A stretch of DNA of 64,000 bases, taken from assembly GCF_001194135.2 (NCBI RefSeq), contig NC_068981.1, forward strand, positions 36,624,200 to 36,688,199. The letters are read 5' to 3'. How positions within the stretch are numbered: the first letter of the stretch is position 1; the number at the start of each line of letters is the position of its first letter. This document shows positions 25,035 to 36,992 of this stretch, one piece after another. This DNA comes from Octopus bimaculoides (Eukaryota). The position numbers and the translations under genes were made by a program. The notes under the pieces are model-generated. The model had not been told where the DNA came from and did no database searches. It saw only the letters and a program-made list of their open reading frames with translations.

Positions 25035-25659
25035 GGGCATCTGGCATAGAAAATTTGCTTCAACAAATTCTCTTTAAACCCATGATGATGATGCTGGGAG
25101 ATTTTCAAAATCCATTGTTTGTCTCTGAAAAACCTACAACATGTTGCAACTGACACACATATAAGTTCATTATCACTGCACTAGGAGGAACTTCTACATG
25201 ATCATTCTACCTGTCAGAAATAGTTGCCAAATTTCTCTCAAATCAAATTTTTCTATTTTGGGGAAAATGAAAGGGCATGCTGTCAAAAAGACAACATGGT
25301 CATGGATGGATATATGTTTAATCATAAGGTCAGTTCAGTCAGGGTTGATTTAGTGCTGAACAACAACCAGTCTGCTTATTTCAATTGTTTCAACTTTATT
25401 TGTAGTGCTAAGAATACCATGACCTTTTCTTTTCTCCTCCGCCTGCTCCTCGTCGTCATCGTCATCGTCGTGTGCTTAGTAGTTTACATGTTCTATGTAA
25501 AGTTTTGTGTGACTGTGAAGGAGTTAAATATATCTTCCGTATTAATAGTTTTGTGAGAGACTTAGTTTCTTACAGTTATCTTTGAAATACAAAAGTATCT
25601 ATTTATGCAATAACAGATAATAGGATATAGGATGCCAGACTATAAATTATTCACATCAT

Positions 25660-25835
25660 TTAATCTCCATATTTCATGCTGTCATGGGTTGGGCAGTTTG
25701 GCAACACCAATGTGTACCAGGACTACATCGAGCTCCAGGGTCTGCTTTAGCATGGTTTTTTTATGGCTGGATGCCCTTCCTAACACCAAACACTTTACAG
25801 TGTGGACTGTATGATTTTTTTGTGCCACTTGCACT
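25660..25835 (-). mobile_element. SINE 3' half with RTE-type tail
   Basis: CATGGGTTGG...GGCTGGATGCCCTTCCTAACACCAAACACTTTACAG. Confidence 0.8.
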
Positions 25836-25994
25836 ATTGGGGTTGCCATGTCCTTCACAGAATATGAATCCAGAGGCAGATGGGGTATCAGCTTCATGTT
25901 AGTGGATGAGGGGATTGCTGTGAGAGAGGAGGACAGAGCAAATTCCTGCAGAGGGATTTGCATGGCTACTCACATAAAATAAATCATAAGAACA

Positions 25995-26042
<48 letters not shown>

Positions 26043-27344
26043 GTGTGTGCACATATATATATATATATCATCAGTAAATCACAAATCTGAAAAAGAAGCA
26101 CATTCTAAGGCATAGATAGAGCAGGAAGAGAAAGAACCTCGTGGTTAGTTTTTGAACATACAGATAAGAAAGGTCAAGTACACAGGATTATCATTATGCT
26201 TAGACCACTATCCAGAATTCACTCAGTCAACTTGTGGGTGCCAGAATTTCAGTAGGATTTGCCTGAAGTGGAAACAAGGTCCAAAGACTATTAATTAGTA
26301 TAGCTAGTATTGAATTTGCTTCCACATGTTTTTGACATATTATCATAATTTCTTTGTCTGTGGGATATGTTGATATAATATCATGTTTCTTTGGCTAATC
26401 TGAAGTCTAAGAATTTTACATAAGCTGAGTGAGAATGAATCTGACTTGTGAACTTGGCTATTTGAAAAATTTACTGCCAATCCTGAACCACTTGTCATCA
26501 TTTAATTCTACTTTAATTAAATACCAACCCATTAACTAAGCTACAGTAATTTTTTATTTTAATTCTATTTTTCTGTTACAATAAACAATTTTTTTTTATA
26601 GCCGGAGGCAATCACTATAGCTAACCCTTCAACCATGGTGTAGGAGTCAACTTGTTGTCAGTCAGAGAAACTGAGGCAAAGTAGAGGGAGGTGGCATGTT
26701 CTTTGCCGAGCAGTATAATAATAGCATCTTTTTTTTTATACACTTCAATATCACTTGTCTGTGATTTCCAGTAATAAAGCTTGTTACGTTCCTGTCTCTT
26801 GAAAACAATAGAGATGCTTAAAAGAATGAATTAAATGTCAGGAGCTCATTGACCTTCTCTGAACAGACAATGTGTGTTGTTTGACAGGGACTTATAACTA
26901 ATTGTGTCATAAAGTGTTCCTTAAAGTATAATGTTTAACTAGAGATCAAATCAGTCTGATGGAGCTCATCTCTTTCTCTCTCCAAGCAACAATCAGATGA
27001 ACATCTTTACATGACATAAGAAGCTATTCAATTATATATGATATTTTGTTCTTGTTGTGACTTATACCTCCACATAATATCTATTTTACATACTGGTATT
27101 CTCGGATATTTGAGAGTAAAGTGTGTTACTCATAAACATTAGTGAGAAGATACATGGATGATAGGTTGATATGATACAAACTATTAAGTCCTAAAAATTC
27201 AGCTTGCTACAATTCTCTAAGTAGATGTCTTTTATGTAAATACTAACAGGAAAAGAAATCTTTTTAAATCCCTTGAAATCCACAATTACATTTTGTTATA
27301 CTATTTTGTATATATGATTTTAAACTGTCTTCTTTCATATTTAT

Positions 27345-27950
27345 ATATGACTAAAGTGAGATCACCGCCATGGCCATTGATCATTGTATGTCCAGCCCTT
27401 TTAAGAGTACCCCTGATGCGTTGGGCGATATGATATGCTTGAGAAGACCTGTTGAGTCAAGTAAAACCAAGATCGTAGCTCTCTCCAGTGCCCTCTGACT
27501 GGCTTCTATTCTGGTGGCACGTAAAAAGCACCATCCAAATGTGGCTGATGCGAGGACTGCTTGATTGGCTCCCATGCCGGTGGCATGTAAAAAGCACCAT
27601 CCAAACATGGCCGATGCCAGTAGCCCCTGACTGGCTCCTGTGTCAGTGGCACGTAAAAAGCACCATCTGAACGTGGCAGATACCAGTACCTCCTGACTGG
27701 CCCCTGTGCCTGGTGGCATTAAAAAGCACTATCTGAACATGATCGATGTAAGGTCTGCCTCACTGCCGGTGGCATGTAAAAAGCACCCACTACACTCGTG
27801 GAGTGGTTGGTGTTAGGAAGGGCATCTAGCTGTAGAAACATTGCCAGATCAGATTGGAGCCTGGTGCAGTAGCTAACTCTCCAGACCTCAGTCAAACCGT
27901 CCAACCCATGCCAGCATGGAAAACGGACGTTAAACTATGATGATGATGAC
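27345..27950 (+). mobile_element. SINE with internal tandem array of ~66-bp units and RTE-type tail
   Basis: GTGGCA(C/T)(G)TAAAAAGCAC core starts at 27514, 27580, 27646, 27713 and 27769. Tail CCAACCCATGCCAGCATGGAAAACGGACGTTAAAC(TAT/GAT)n. Confidence 0.85.
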
Positions 27951-28061
27951 ACCTTTAGTCTTTATGCTCTCCAGTGCTGTTGACTCTTCACCAATGCATC
28001 AAGCTGTTCCTGAAAAATAAAAGAGATATAAAAATCATCGTGTTTAGACTGAACACACTCA

Positions 28062-28235
28062 TCATCATTTAACATGTTTCCATGCTTGTATGGGCTGGAT
28101 GGCTTGACAGAAGCTGGTAAGGCCAGGGGCTACACTGGGTTCCACAGTCTGTTTTGGCTAGGTTTCTATAGTTGGATGCCCTTCTTAATGCTAACCACTT
28201 TACAGAGTGTACTGAGTGATTTTAAGTACTGGTGC
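28062..28235 (-). mobile_element. SINE 3' half with RTE-type tail
   Basis: Inverted homologue of 27785-27945. Confidence 0.8.
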
Positions 28236-28834
28236 CATGATGATGATGATGATGTAATGAAAAACCTGAAGTTCTTTGAAAGAAAATTTTAATATTTTTT
28301 TATAATGAAAGAAAGAATTCAAAAATAAAAGGTTAACAAGTTTGGTTCTCACTTTAAACTTTCTTTTATAGACTGATGTCTTGAAGCTAAACTTTTTGAA
28401 AGACTTCAGTTTAATTTATTGATTACAAGTTAAGCCAAGCATTAATGTAATTTCTTATTTACATCCATTTTCTGAGATTCGGAAAATATTTTTATTGGCC
28501 TAAATTGCATGGAAAATGTTTTATAGCAGGATCATTTCCCTAGAAGTAGTAAGATAGCATATAATAAGTTTGTATGTCTGGAGAAGAAGTGATTGATGAT
28601 GTTTTTGGCTGAACCCTTTCTCCAAAGAAATATAGAAAAAGTAATTTCAGAAAACATTTCACAGTATAGAAAATAATTTTATGTTAAAAATATATTTATT
28701 AACAGTTTTTTGGTGACATTAATTTTTTGCAAATCTAGTTTGCATCATCATCTTCTTGAAATTTAAACAACCATTAAGTGAAAAGTGTTAAGTATTTTCC
28801 ATTAGATTTATGGGAGAAAGATGCTCTTTTATTT

Positions 28835-29134
28835 TTTTACTTGTTCCACCCATTGAGCTGTGGCCATACTGGGGCACCACATTGGAAAGTTTAGTTGAGC
28901 AAATTCACTTATTACTTTTTATTCTTTTTTTAAGTCTAGTACTTATTCTGTCAGAATTCTTTTTGCTGAAATGCTAGGTTATGAGAAATGTAAACAGCTA
29001 GCACAGGATATCAAGCTGTGTGGGTCCTAACATACAGATACACACACAGATAGATATATATATATATGATAGGCTTCCATACAGTTTCCATCAAACTAAT
29101 TCTCTCACAATGCATTGGTTGGTCTGAGACTATA
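28835..29134 (-). mobile_element. CORE-like SINE interrupted by a mariner insertion
   Basis: Collinear with 1425-1730, then breaks at GACTATA|CGAGAG. Confidence 0.75.
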
Positions 29135-29800
29135 CGAGAGTAGGCTGAAAACTTCATAGACTGACTATGAAGGAGTGATGCTAGAGTTGTGAAATCTTGC
29201 ATGCATAAATTTCAACTCTTCTTATTAATAACTGTATTGTTTCTTTTCAGGTAAACTGATATCTGACTGTACAAAGAACTCTTCAAAAGCAACTAGCAGC
29301 AATTTCTCTTGAAAATGGACAAAATCTGCATTCATGGTGCTTTCAAGTTCCTGCAGAAAAAGCGTTTAGCCCCCAATTACATTCATGCTGACACAATTGC
29401 TGCAATAAGGGATGACACTTCAAAAGTGGGCAGCTGAATTTAGGAGAGGAAGAGAGAGTCTTGAAGATGACTCAAGGTTTGGACATCCTACAACCGGCAT
29501 CACTGAGGAAGACATTGATTGTATTCACCACAAGGTGATGGATGAAAGGTGATTGACAATAAATCAAATAGCCAATGTTATTAACATATCCCACGAGAGA
29601 GTTGAGAATATTCAACATGATGAACTCGACACGAGTTCAGTGGGTGCCATATCTTCTGACACCTGATCAAAAGCACATGAGGCTGATCACATCACACAAA
29701 AATCTGACATTGTTTCAGGCAGATCATTTCCTTATCCAGCATGAGTGTTGGGTTCATCACTTTGAGCCAGAAACTAAGAGACCATCCATGCAGTGGAACC
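29135..29800 (+). mobile_element. Mariner element, 5' half (decayed transposase from ATG 29315)
   Basis: TA|CGAGAG start. KWAAEFRRGRESLEDD..GHP HTH region, WVPYLLTPDQK, ECWVHHFEPETKRPSMQW. Ends at a microsatellite and gap. Confidence 0.88.
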
Positions 29801-29826
29801 ATACATACATACATACATATATATAT

Positions 29827-29836
29827 NNNNNNNNNN
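29827..29836. other. Assembly gap (10 N)
   Basis: N-run. Confidence 1.
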
Positions 29837-29903
29837 ATAGATATATATATATACATATCTATATACATATATGTATATATATATATATGTGTGTATATAT
29901 ATG

Positions 29904-30249
29904 TCCAAAGTTTTAAATTTAAAATAGAGTTTTGACGCTAATATCCATTATTATTGAAATTTATTCCTATGTCTACATGTCTGTATAAGGCTATATTTGA
30001 CTGTCAAATTTAAGTCAAACATATAATTTGTCTCTTAGAGACGACGTTTTGGTATTTACCTCTTGTTCTTGATTTTTTGTTTGTTCTTAAATTTTTTTTC
30101 CTGAAGACGTGTAAGGCAAATTATATGTTTGACTTAAATTTGACAGTCAAATATAGCCTTATACAGAAATGTTGACATAGAAATAAATTTCAATAATAAT
30201 GGATATTAGCGTAAAAACTCTCTTTTAAATTTAAATTTAAAACTTTGGA
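29904..30249. mobile_element. Foldback/MITE-like element with ~130-bp inverted arms
   Basis: 29904-30030 is the reverse complement of 30117-30249 except for 5 substitutions and one TTTAAA indel. 86-bp spacer, TA runs on both flanks. Confidence 0.75.
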
Positions 30250-30381
30250 TATATAACCAAGGAGAATGATCCTTAAGGAGTCTACTTTAGACTTTTTTGT
30301 GGTGAAATCTCTTGCTATATTGGTAACGATTACATGTTTTTCTATGAACAAATATATATATGTGTGTATGCATATATATAT

Positions 30382-30885
30382 NNNNNNNNNNNNNNNNNNN
30401 NNNNNNNNNNNNNNNNNNNNNNNNNNNNNNNNNNNNNNNNNNNNNNNNNNNNNNNNNNNNNNNNNNNNNNNNNNNNNNNNNNNNNNNNNNNNNNNNNNNN
30501 NNNNNNNNNNNNNNNNNNNNNNNNNNNNNNNNNNNNNNNNNNNNNNNNNNNNNNNNNNNNNNNNNNNNNNNNNNNNNNNNNNNNNNNNNNNNNNNNNNNN
30601 NNNNNNNNNNNNNNNNNNNNNNNNNNNNNNNNNNNNNNNNNNNNNNNNNNNNNNNNNNNNNNNNNNNNNNNNNNNNNNNNNNNNNNNNNNNNNNNNNNNN
30701 NNNNNNNNNNNNNNNNNNNNNNNNNNNNNNNNNNNNNNNNNNNNNNNNNNNNNNNNNNNNNNNNNNNNNNNNNNNNNNNNNNNNNNNNNNNNNNNNNNNN
30801 NNNNNNNNNNNNNNNNNNNNNNNNNNNNNNNNNNNNNNNNNNNNNNNNNNNNNNNNNNNNNNNNNNNNNNNNNNNNNNNNNNNNN
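30382..30885. other. Assembly gap (504 N)
   Basis: N-run. Confidence 1.
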
Positions 30886-30898
30886 ATATATCAGTGAA

Positions 30899-31255
30899 GG
30901 TGCATGGCTCAGTGGTTAGAGCATTGAGCTTACGATCGTGAGGTTGTGAGTTTGATTCCTGGACTGGGCTGTGTGTTGTGTTCTTGAAGAAGACACTTTA
31001 TTTCATGTTGCTCCAGTTCACTCAGCTGTAGAAATGATTTGCAACATCACTGGTGCCAAGCTGTATCGGCCTTTGCCTTTCCCTTGGATAACATCGGTAA
31101 CATAGAGAGAGGAGGCTGGTATGCATGGGTGACTGCTGGTCTTCCATAAAAACAACTCTAGGTTGTGAATTCGCCAGTGAGGTGACTTTCTGCCCAGATA
31201 TGTACCGTGGAGGGGAACCTCTTAGGTACACCCAAGGTCATTCATGACTGACGGA
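30899..31255 (+). mobile_element. tRNA-headed SINE (second head family)
   Basis: A box TGGCTCAGTGG, tRNA-like body, B box GTTTGATTCC, then GTGTTCTTGAAGAAGACACT...CTCAGCTGTA. Confidence 0.8.
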
Positions 31256-33269
31256 GTCGAGAGCTATATATATCACTCTATGACCCCACCACCATGTAGT
31301 CAGTTGAGCTGCTAGAAACAACAGCCAACTCTCTCTCTCAGATCACTCCTTACTGCCTTAAGGAAAAAGAACCTACATTAGATAATCGATTTCTACATAT
31401 TTTTTAAATTAGACAAGATGGTCATAATTGTAATAGCTTTCAATATTTCAGTCATGACTAACTTGGAACTAACATCAACAACAATAACCCTATTTCAGTC
31501 AGGCTATGTTAAAAGAAACCTCCTGAAGATGTCATGCAATGGGACAGAACCCAAAACCTTATGGTTGCAATGTAAACTTCTTAACTACACAACCACATAT
31601 GTACTGCATGTGTGTGTGTGTGTCTTCATGTTTCAGTATGCACGTGTTTTTGAGTGTGTGTATGTATGTGTGTGTGTGCATGTGTGAGTATGTGTGTGAG
31701 TGTGTGCGCATGTACACAGTAGAATCCTTCAGCACTGTTAGTATGTATCAAGATCCACATTAGTCTATCCAATGTTACAGTAGATGGCATTGCCCAAGGC
31801 ACAATGCAGTAGGCACCAATAAGCACACAGTTGGAACGATGTCTTTACAAAACAACTTCTTAACCACATTTATACCGGTGACTCTGTATTTGAGAATTTA
31901 ACCCTGAAGAGATAACTAAAATATATATATGGAATTTTCTACTTCTGTGATACACAAAATGGTTTTGGCATTCGAAAGAGAATTGAATTTGACAATTGAA
32001 ACCTAATAAAACATGAAATTGTGTGTAGAAAATTTACTTATGTGGCATCTAAAGTTTATTTTAAATTTACTTTTCATTTTATTGAAAGCTAGAGAAAGAA
32101 CATTGACATGGTTGTTTGACTAACTGGAACTAGGAAGCAAAATCTTTCTTAAATCACATTCTCTCATCTTACAAAAAGAAAAAGGAAGGACACATTGGAA
32201 GACGTTTTGGTTATAAGTGTCTGAAAATATCATTCTAGGAATAAATGTTCTCTAAATGGTGTTCCATAAATGTTAGTTCATACCAAATCTTTCTAAGTAT
32301 AAGTAATCTATAAATGATGTGTTAGGTATAAATATTCACAGTGAAAAATGTATGATGGAATGGTTATAGCAGAAACTCTCATATCATAACTCTGCTGAAT
32401 AGGTTGGAACTGGCCTGCAATTAAATAATAAACAACAACAACATCAAGATCCAAAGGTCCCATAACCAAAATAAATAAATAAAAGAAATAAAACATGTCA
32501 ATATATCAACATGCTTCCCTCTATACTTATTTAACACAGTTAATATTTTATACAGATTTCTCTCTCTAGTGTAGATATGTCCATCATTGTATACTTAGCA
32601 ATACTTATAAGTTTCAGTAATTCCTAAGTATATATAATACCCTCATTCATATTCCTGAGAGCACAAGCTATTGCCAATTATCAAAACCCCCACCTATTTC
32701 TACAGAATCTTCATCATGGTTTGATCTGCTATATATCTGCTTTAGTGCAAACTTTTGCCATTTCTTCAATAGTCTTATCTAAAGTCATGACATAATGTCA
32801 CACTACCATATCGAAAAACCTCGATTCTTTTTTCTTGTTTTCCTTTAGCAGTTTTTCCTCTTTAATCATGATTTTTTGATCTGCATTTTTTCCCTTGATT
32901 TGCATTTTTTCTCTTTGCTACTGTATATTCTAGTTGTATTCTCTATTTTTCTCTTGGTTATAAACTGTATGCATACATTTAACTTTCTATGATTTCAAAC
33001 TATTTCGAAAGTGTCTTCTAGATATATATCAGTATTTATATTGGACTACATAAGTGAATGTTTTCACAGTGTGTGTCTTATGTGAGTGAGATAGAGAGAA
33101 AGCAAGGGGAAGAGTGAAGAGAGAGAGAGAGCAATAAAAGAAAAAGTAACAGAGTTGGATTTGTACCTATAGAGTGCATAACTCGATGAGTATATGTTTG
33201 TACATCTATATATATTGAAAATACATACACATACACACATGTATGCACATGCACACACACAAATACTCT

Positions 33270-33300
<31 letters not shown>

Positions 33301-33311
<11 letters not shown>

Positions 33312-33558
33312 TAAGATCTGGTAATTAGTCATATATTAATATATTAATTAATATCGATTAATTATCAGGGGGCCAGCACATAGATAAATAGATAGATAGA
33401 TACACATATATATATGTATATGTATGTATATATATATATATATAATTATAAGATCTGGTAATTAGTCATATATTAATATATTAATTAATATCGATTAATT
33501 ATCAGGGGGCCAGCACATAGATAAATAGATAGATAGATACACATATATATATGTATAT
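33301..33558 (+). repeat. Near-perfect direct duplication, period 137 bp
   Basis: About 120 identical bases (AATTATAAGATCTGG...TATGTATAT) occur twice. Confidence 0.95.
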
Positions 33559-36179
33559 TGATATATAAATATATATTGATACACTCACATGTGCATACAT
33601 TAGCAAACATTATATATGAATGTATCAGTGTATAAGTATTATCTAAGTATATATACATATATACATATATCTGTATATCTTCATGTATATATGCATGATG
33701 CACATGGTCTCATGTATATATGCAGTTATATAATTTCAAACACTACACTCATACACATGCATAAACGCATGCAAGCAAGAATGTACATGAACACACTTTC
33801 ATTCATAGGTGATAGATGCTCTCTCTCTCTCTTTCTCCCCCACTCTCTCCTTCACTTTCTCTCTCTCTCTCACTCACTCACATGTATCATGTACACAAGT
33901 GTATTTATAAGTCCATGCAAATGCATGTGCATATTTGAATGAACTTATAAAGACAGAAAGGAAACTGATAGTTTTATATAAATGTGTGTGTGTGTGTGTG
34001 TGTTTGAGTGCACACCTCTGAGATAAAATGTTAACTTTAGTTAGCTGTGATTGATTTGAATAAACACTGATAACTCCTGGTAGAATGTTCTACCATATCT
34101 GCAGGAATAGCTGAAATGAATGCAGGTCACTCACTCCTTATCGCACTGAATATTTGCATCTGATGAACAAAGATTTCTCTCAATGCAATGACAAAAAAGA
34201 AAAAAAGAAAAGAAATGGAAAAGGAAAATACACCAACAATAACAACAACAAAACAAAGACAGGAAAGAGTTAAATAGATTTGGGTATTATAGTATACAAT
34301 GTCAGCAGCTGAAATCAGCTGAGTGGAGCAAAGATATAGAGGACTTGTTAAAAAGATAGTGGGAGATTTGACCAAGTGATGGACATGTTTATTAATCATT
34401 CATGCCAGTAGAATAGATTTGGGATGAATTCAAAATATTTTTCTTCAATGTTATCTTTAACCTCTATTCTGACAGTTAACTACTTTGTCTTTTGTTTTCT
34501 TACTCACTCTTATTTCTATCTCTCTTTCATTCTCTCATTCACTCTCTCTTTACAGTACATGCTATCCTCATACGATCCAGTGATTTCATTTCTCTTGTGT
34601 TGTGTTCCAAACTTCTATTTTAATCACTTCTTCTTCAGATTTCACCTGGTCTACTTTTCTTTAGAACAGTTAAACTTCCCTCAGGAGTAGAAAACCACAC
34701 ATCAACTTTCAGAATAACAAATGTCCCCAGAAACTGGATGAAAACTTCTTGTCTCATCACTCCTAGTCTTATTTGCAACTTTTAGATGTTGCTTTCATTG
34801 CTATAGAATTTATTTTGTTTTTATTATTATGGCTGCTGCCATTATTTTGTTGATATGTTTCTTTTTTATTAATCTTCTGATTCATTTCCCTTTCTCTGCT
34901 TCCTTATCACAACAGATTTCGTTCCTACCACTCTATTCTTATGTTGCAATTTGCAAGATTGCATCTCACTTGTTTTTCTATTTGGTTTTTGTTTAACACT
35001 ATGAAGAAAGAAGGGTAGGAAAATATTTGAATAAATAAGAAATAATTTCAAGTTTATTTATATACAAACATTTTTGTTTTCCTCTGTTCATGTGATGGGA
35101 CAAAATTAATTGCACCATGGTAGAGTGATTGTAAGCCTTTGAAAGGATACACATTCCCTTTTAGGTTATTAATAGTTTGTAATAATATTATGCAACATTA
35201 AATTGCAATATTATTAAGTGAAAATACTAATACACAAATTTGTAACACAATCACTACACAAAGAAAATATCACATCTCATCCCAATAAAAATATGACAAG
35301 CAATTGACTAGATCCCTCCAGATTGCTCTAAATGCTAGGCTTCACTATCAGTTAAAGTCTTTCTTGTTGTGTACATCTTTAACATTATAAAGGTTAACCT
35401 TTCACTTTAAATGTAACCTTTCTTTTCAAAACCAGAAAATATTTCAGCCCTCCACAACTACCAAACCTCAGGTGAAACCTACAATGGAGTTCTGATTGGT
35501 TGGTATTGCTGGGTTGGCACTGCTGCTGTTATACACAGAGATATCCCAGTGAACATCAAGAGAAAGCCCACTTGACTGATTGGCATCAAGTTACTGACGG
35601 ATATGAATCCAGCCTTTAGCCCACAGACATGTCTCCTTTATTTGTCTTTATTTCTGATACTACTATGGCCTCTGATTTTTGGAGCTAGCTGGTCTCATGC
35701 CATCTCTACTCAAGCGCTTGTGACTCACACGTCTCTCTTTCTCTCATTACACTGGTTATACACAAGTACTTAGGATTTGCAGTAATCACAACATCCAGTC
35801 ATTGTCTCTCAGGAATCCCCAATCTGTGCCGTGTATTTTCTGCAGTCATTGACTTACAACAGCTTAAGTGAAACATTAACGGCATCAATCTTACTGGTCT
35901 TGGCGTGGCTAAGAAGGCTATGGGTGTAGCCTCTTCTTCAAGATCAATACTAATAATAATTACTTCAGGTGTGTAAATATAAGAAAGTACAGTGTCTTTT
36001 ACTAAGCTGTAGACATATAATGGAAAACTTTGATAAAGAACATTATAAAATAAAACAACAAAAGTGAATATGCATTTTAAATAGCTTCAGTGATTCTAGC
36101 CCAATGACTATGTTTCAGTAAAATAGAAAGTTCATATATATTGCTAACACTTTTCTGTTTCTTTTATTATACTAACATT

Positions 36180-36375
36180 CATCACCATTATCATTTAACA
36201 TCTGCTTTTCATGCTGGCATGGGTAGGATGGTTTGACAGGGAACTAGTGAGCTTCAGAGCTGCGACTGAGCTCCAGTGTCATCTTTAGCATGATTTCTCC
36301 AGCTAGGTGCAATTCCTAATGTCAACCACTTTATAGAATATAGTGGGTGCTTTTTATGTGTTATTGGCATGTAAA
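36180..36375 (-). mobile_element. SINE 3' half with RTE-type tail
   Basis: TTTAACATCTGCTTTTCATGCTGGCATGGG...GGGTGCTTTTTATGTG. Confidence 0.8.
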
Positions 36376-36739
36376 TTGTAAGACAGAAAAGAACAGAGAA
36401 TGAGGATAAGAAAAGGGAGGAAAACATTATCTTCAATTAATAATATCATGTTTTATAGATATGATTATTTCAATTAATCAGGTGGCATTGTTTACCATTA
36501 AAGTTATTTTCATTCATTAAGTAGATTCATATTTTAGTCATATTTACAGTCATATTTTAGTGTTTTTGCTTGAAGATCTACCACCTTGTTTAGTTTAACA
36601 CAGTGAATTGCACTAAAGGCCTAGGGGCGGTGGCGTTATTGCATTTCACTGTGTTGGAGAAATTCAAACCAAATATCCATTTCTATCACTGTTCATATTT
36701 TCCCCTGACACTGATCTGCTGATCTTCACTTTGGATATG

Positions 36740-36992
36740 GACCACATCAAACTCATCAATCTGTGAGGACATCGTCATCATACAAGTGGTGTTGTTTGTT
36801 TCTAGTCTTCCATGAAAAACATGTCAAGTCAGGGAGAAATATTATCTTGCTAGGAAACAGGTGAAGGTTGGTGACAGAAAATGTATCCAGCCATAGAAAA
36901 TCTGCCTCATCAAATTCTGTCTAACCTATGCAAGCATGGAAAACTGGACATTAAATGGTGATGAAGATGATGCTGATGATGATGATGATGAT
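36740..36992 (+). mobile_element. SINE 3' part with (GAT)n tail
   Basis: GGAAACAGGTGAAGG...GCAAGCATGGAAAACTGGACATTAAATG(GAT)n. Confidence 0.8.

Noticed and set aside
26601-26715. GC-richer exon-like segment after a T-rich tract
   Set aside because: All three + frames stop early. The T tract may be the poly(A) of a minus-strand retroposed fragment.
27481-27790. CRISPR-like repeat-spacer appearance
   Set aside because: The spacers are homologous to one another, the array is inside a eukaryotic SINE, and there are no cas genes.
30031-30116. Penelope-type hammerhead ribozyme in the foldback spacer (GACGTTTTGG, CTGAAGA)
   Set aside because: The CUGANGA and GAAA boxes are not in the required order on one strand, and the stems cannot be built.
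30266-30941. The three longest ORFs in the track
   Set aside because: They are open only because they cross the 504-N gap.
30899-30970. Possible tRNA gene (also the heads at 1760-1817, 9830-9905 and 57331-57420)
   Set aside because: The acceptor and anticodon stems do not pair, and each continues into a SINE body. They are tRNA-derived SINE heads.
35440-35950. GC-richer stretch with short open frames (possible processed pseudogene)
   Set aside because: Multiple stops in all frames and no recognisable motif. Probably an old repeat fragment.
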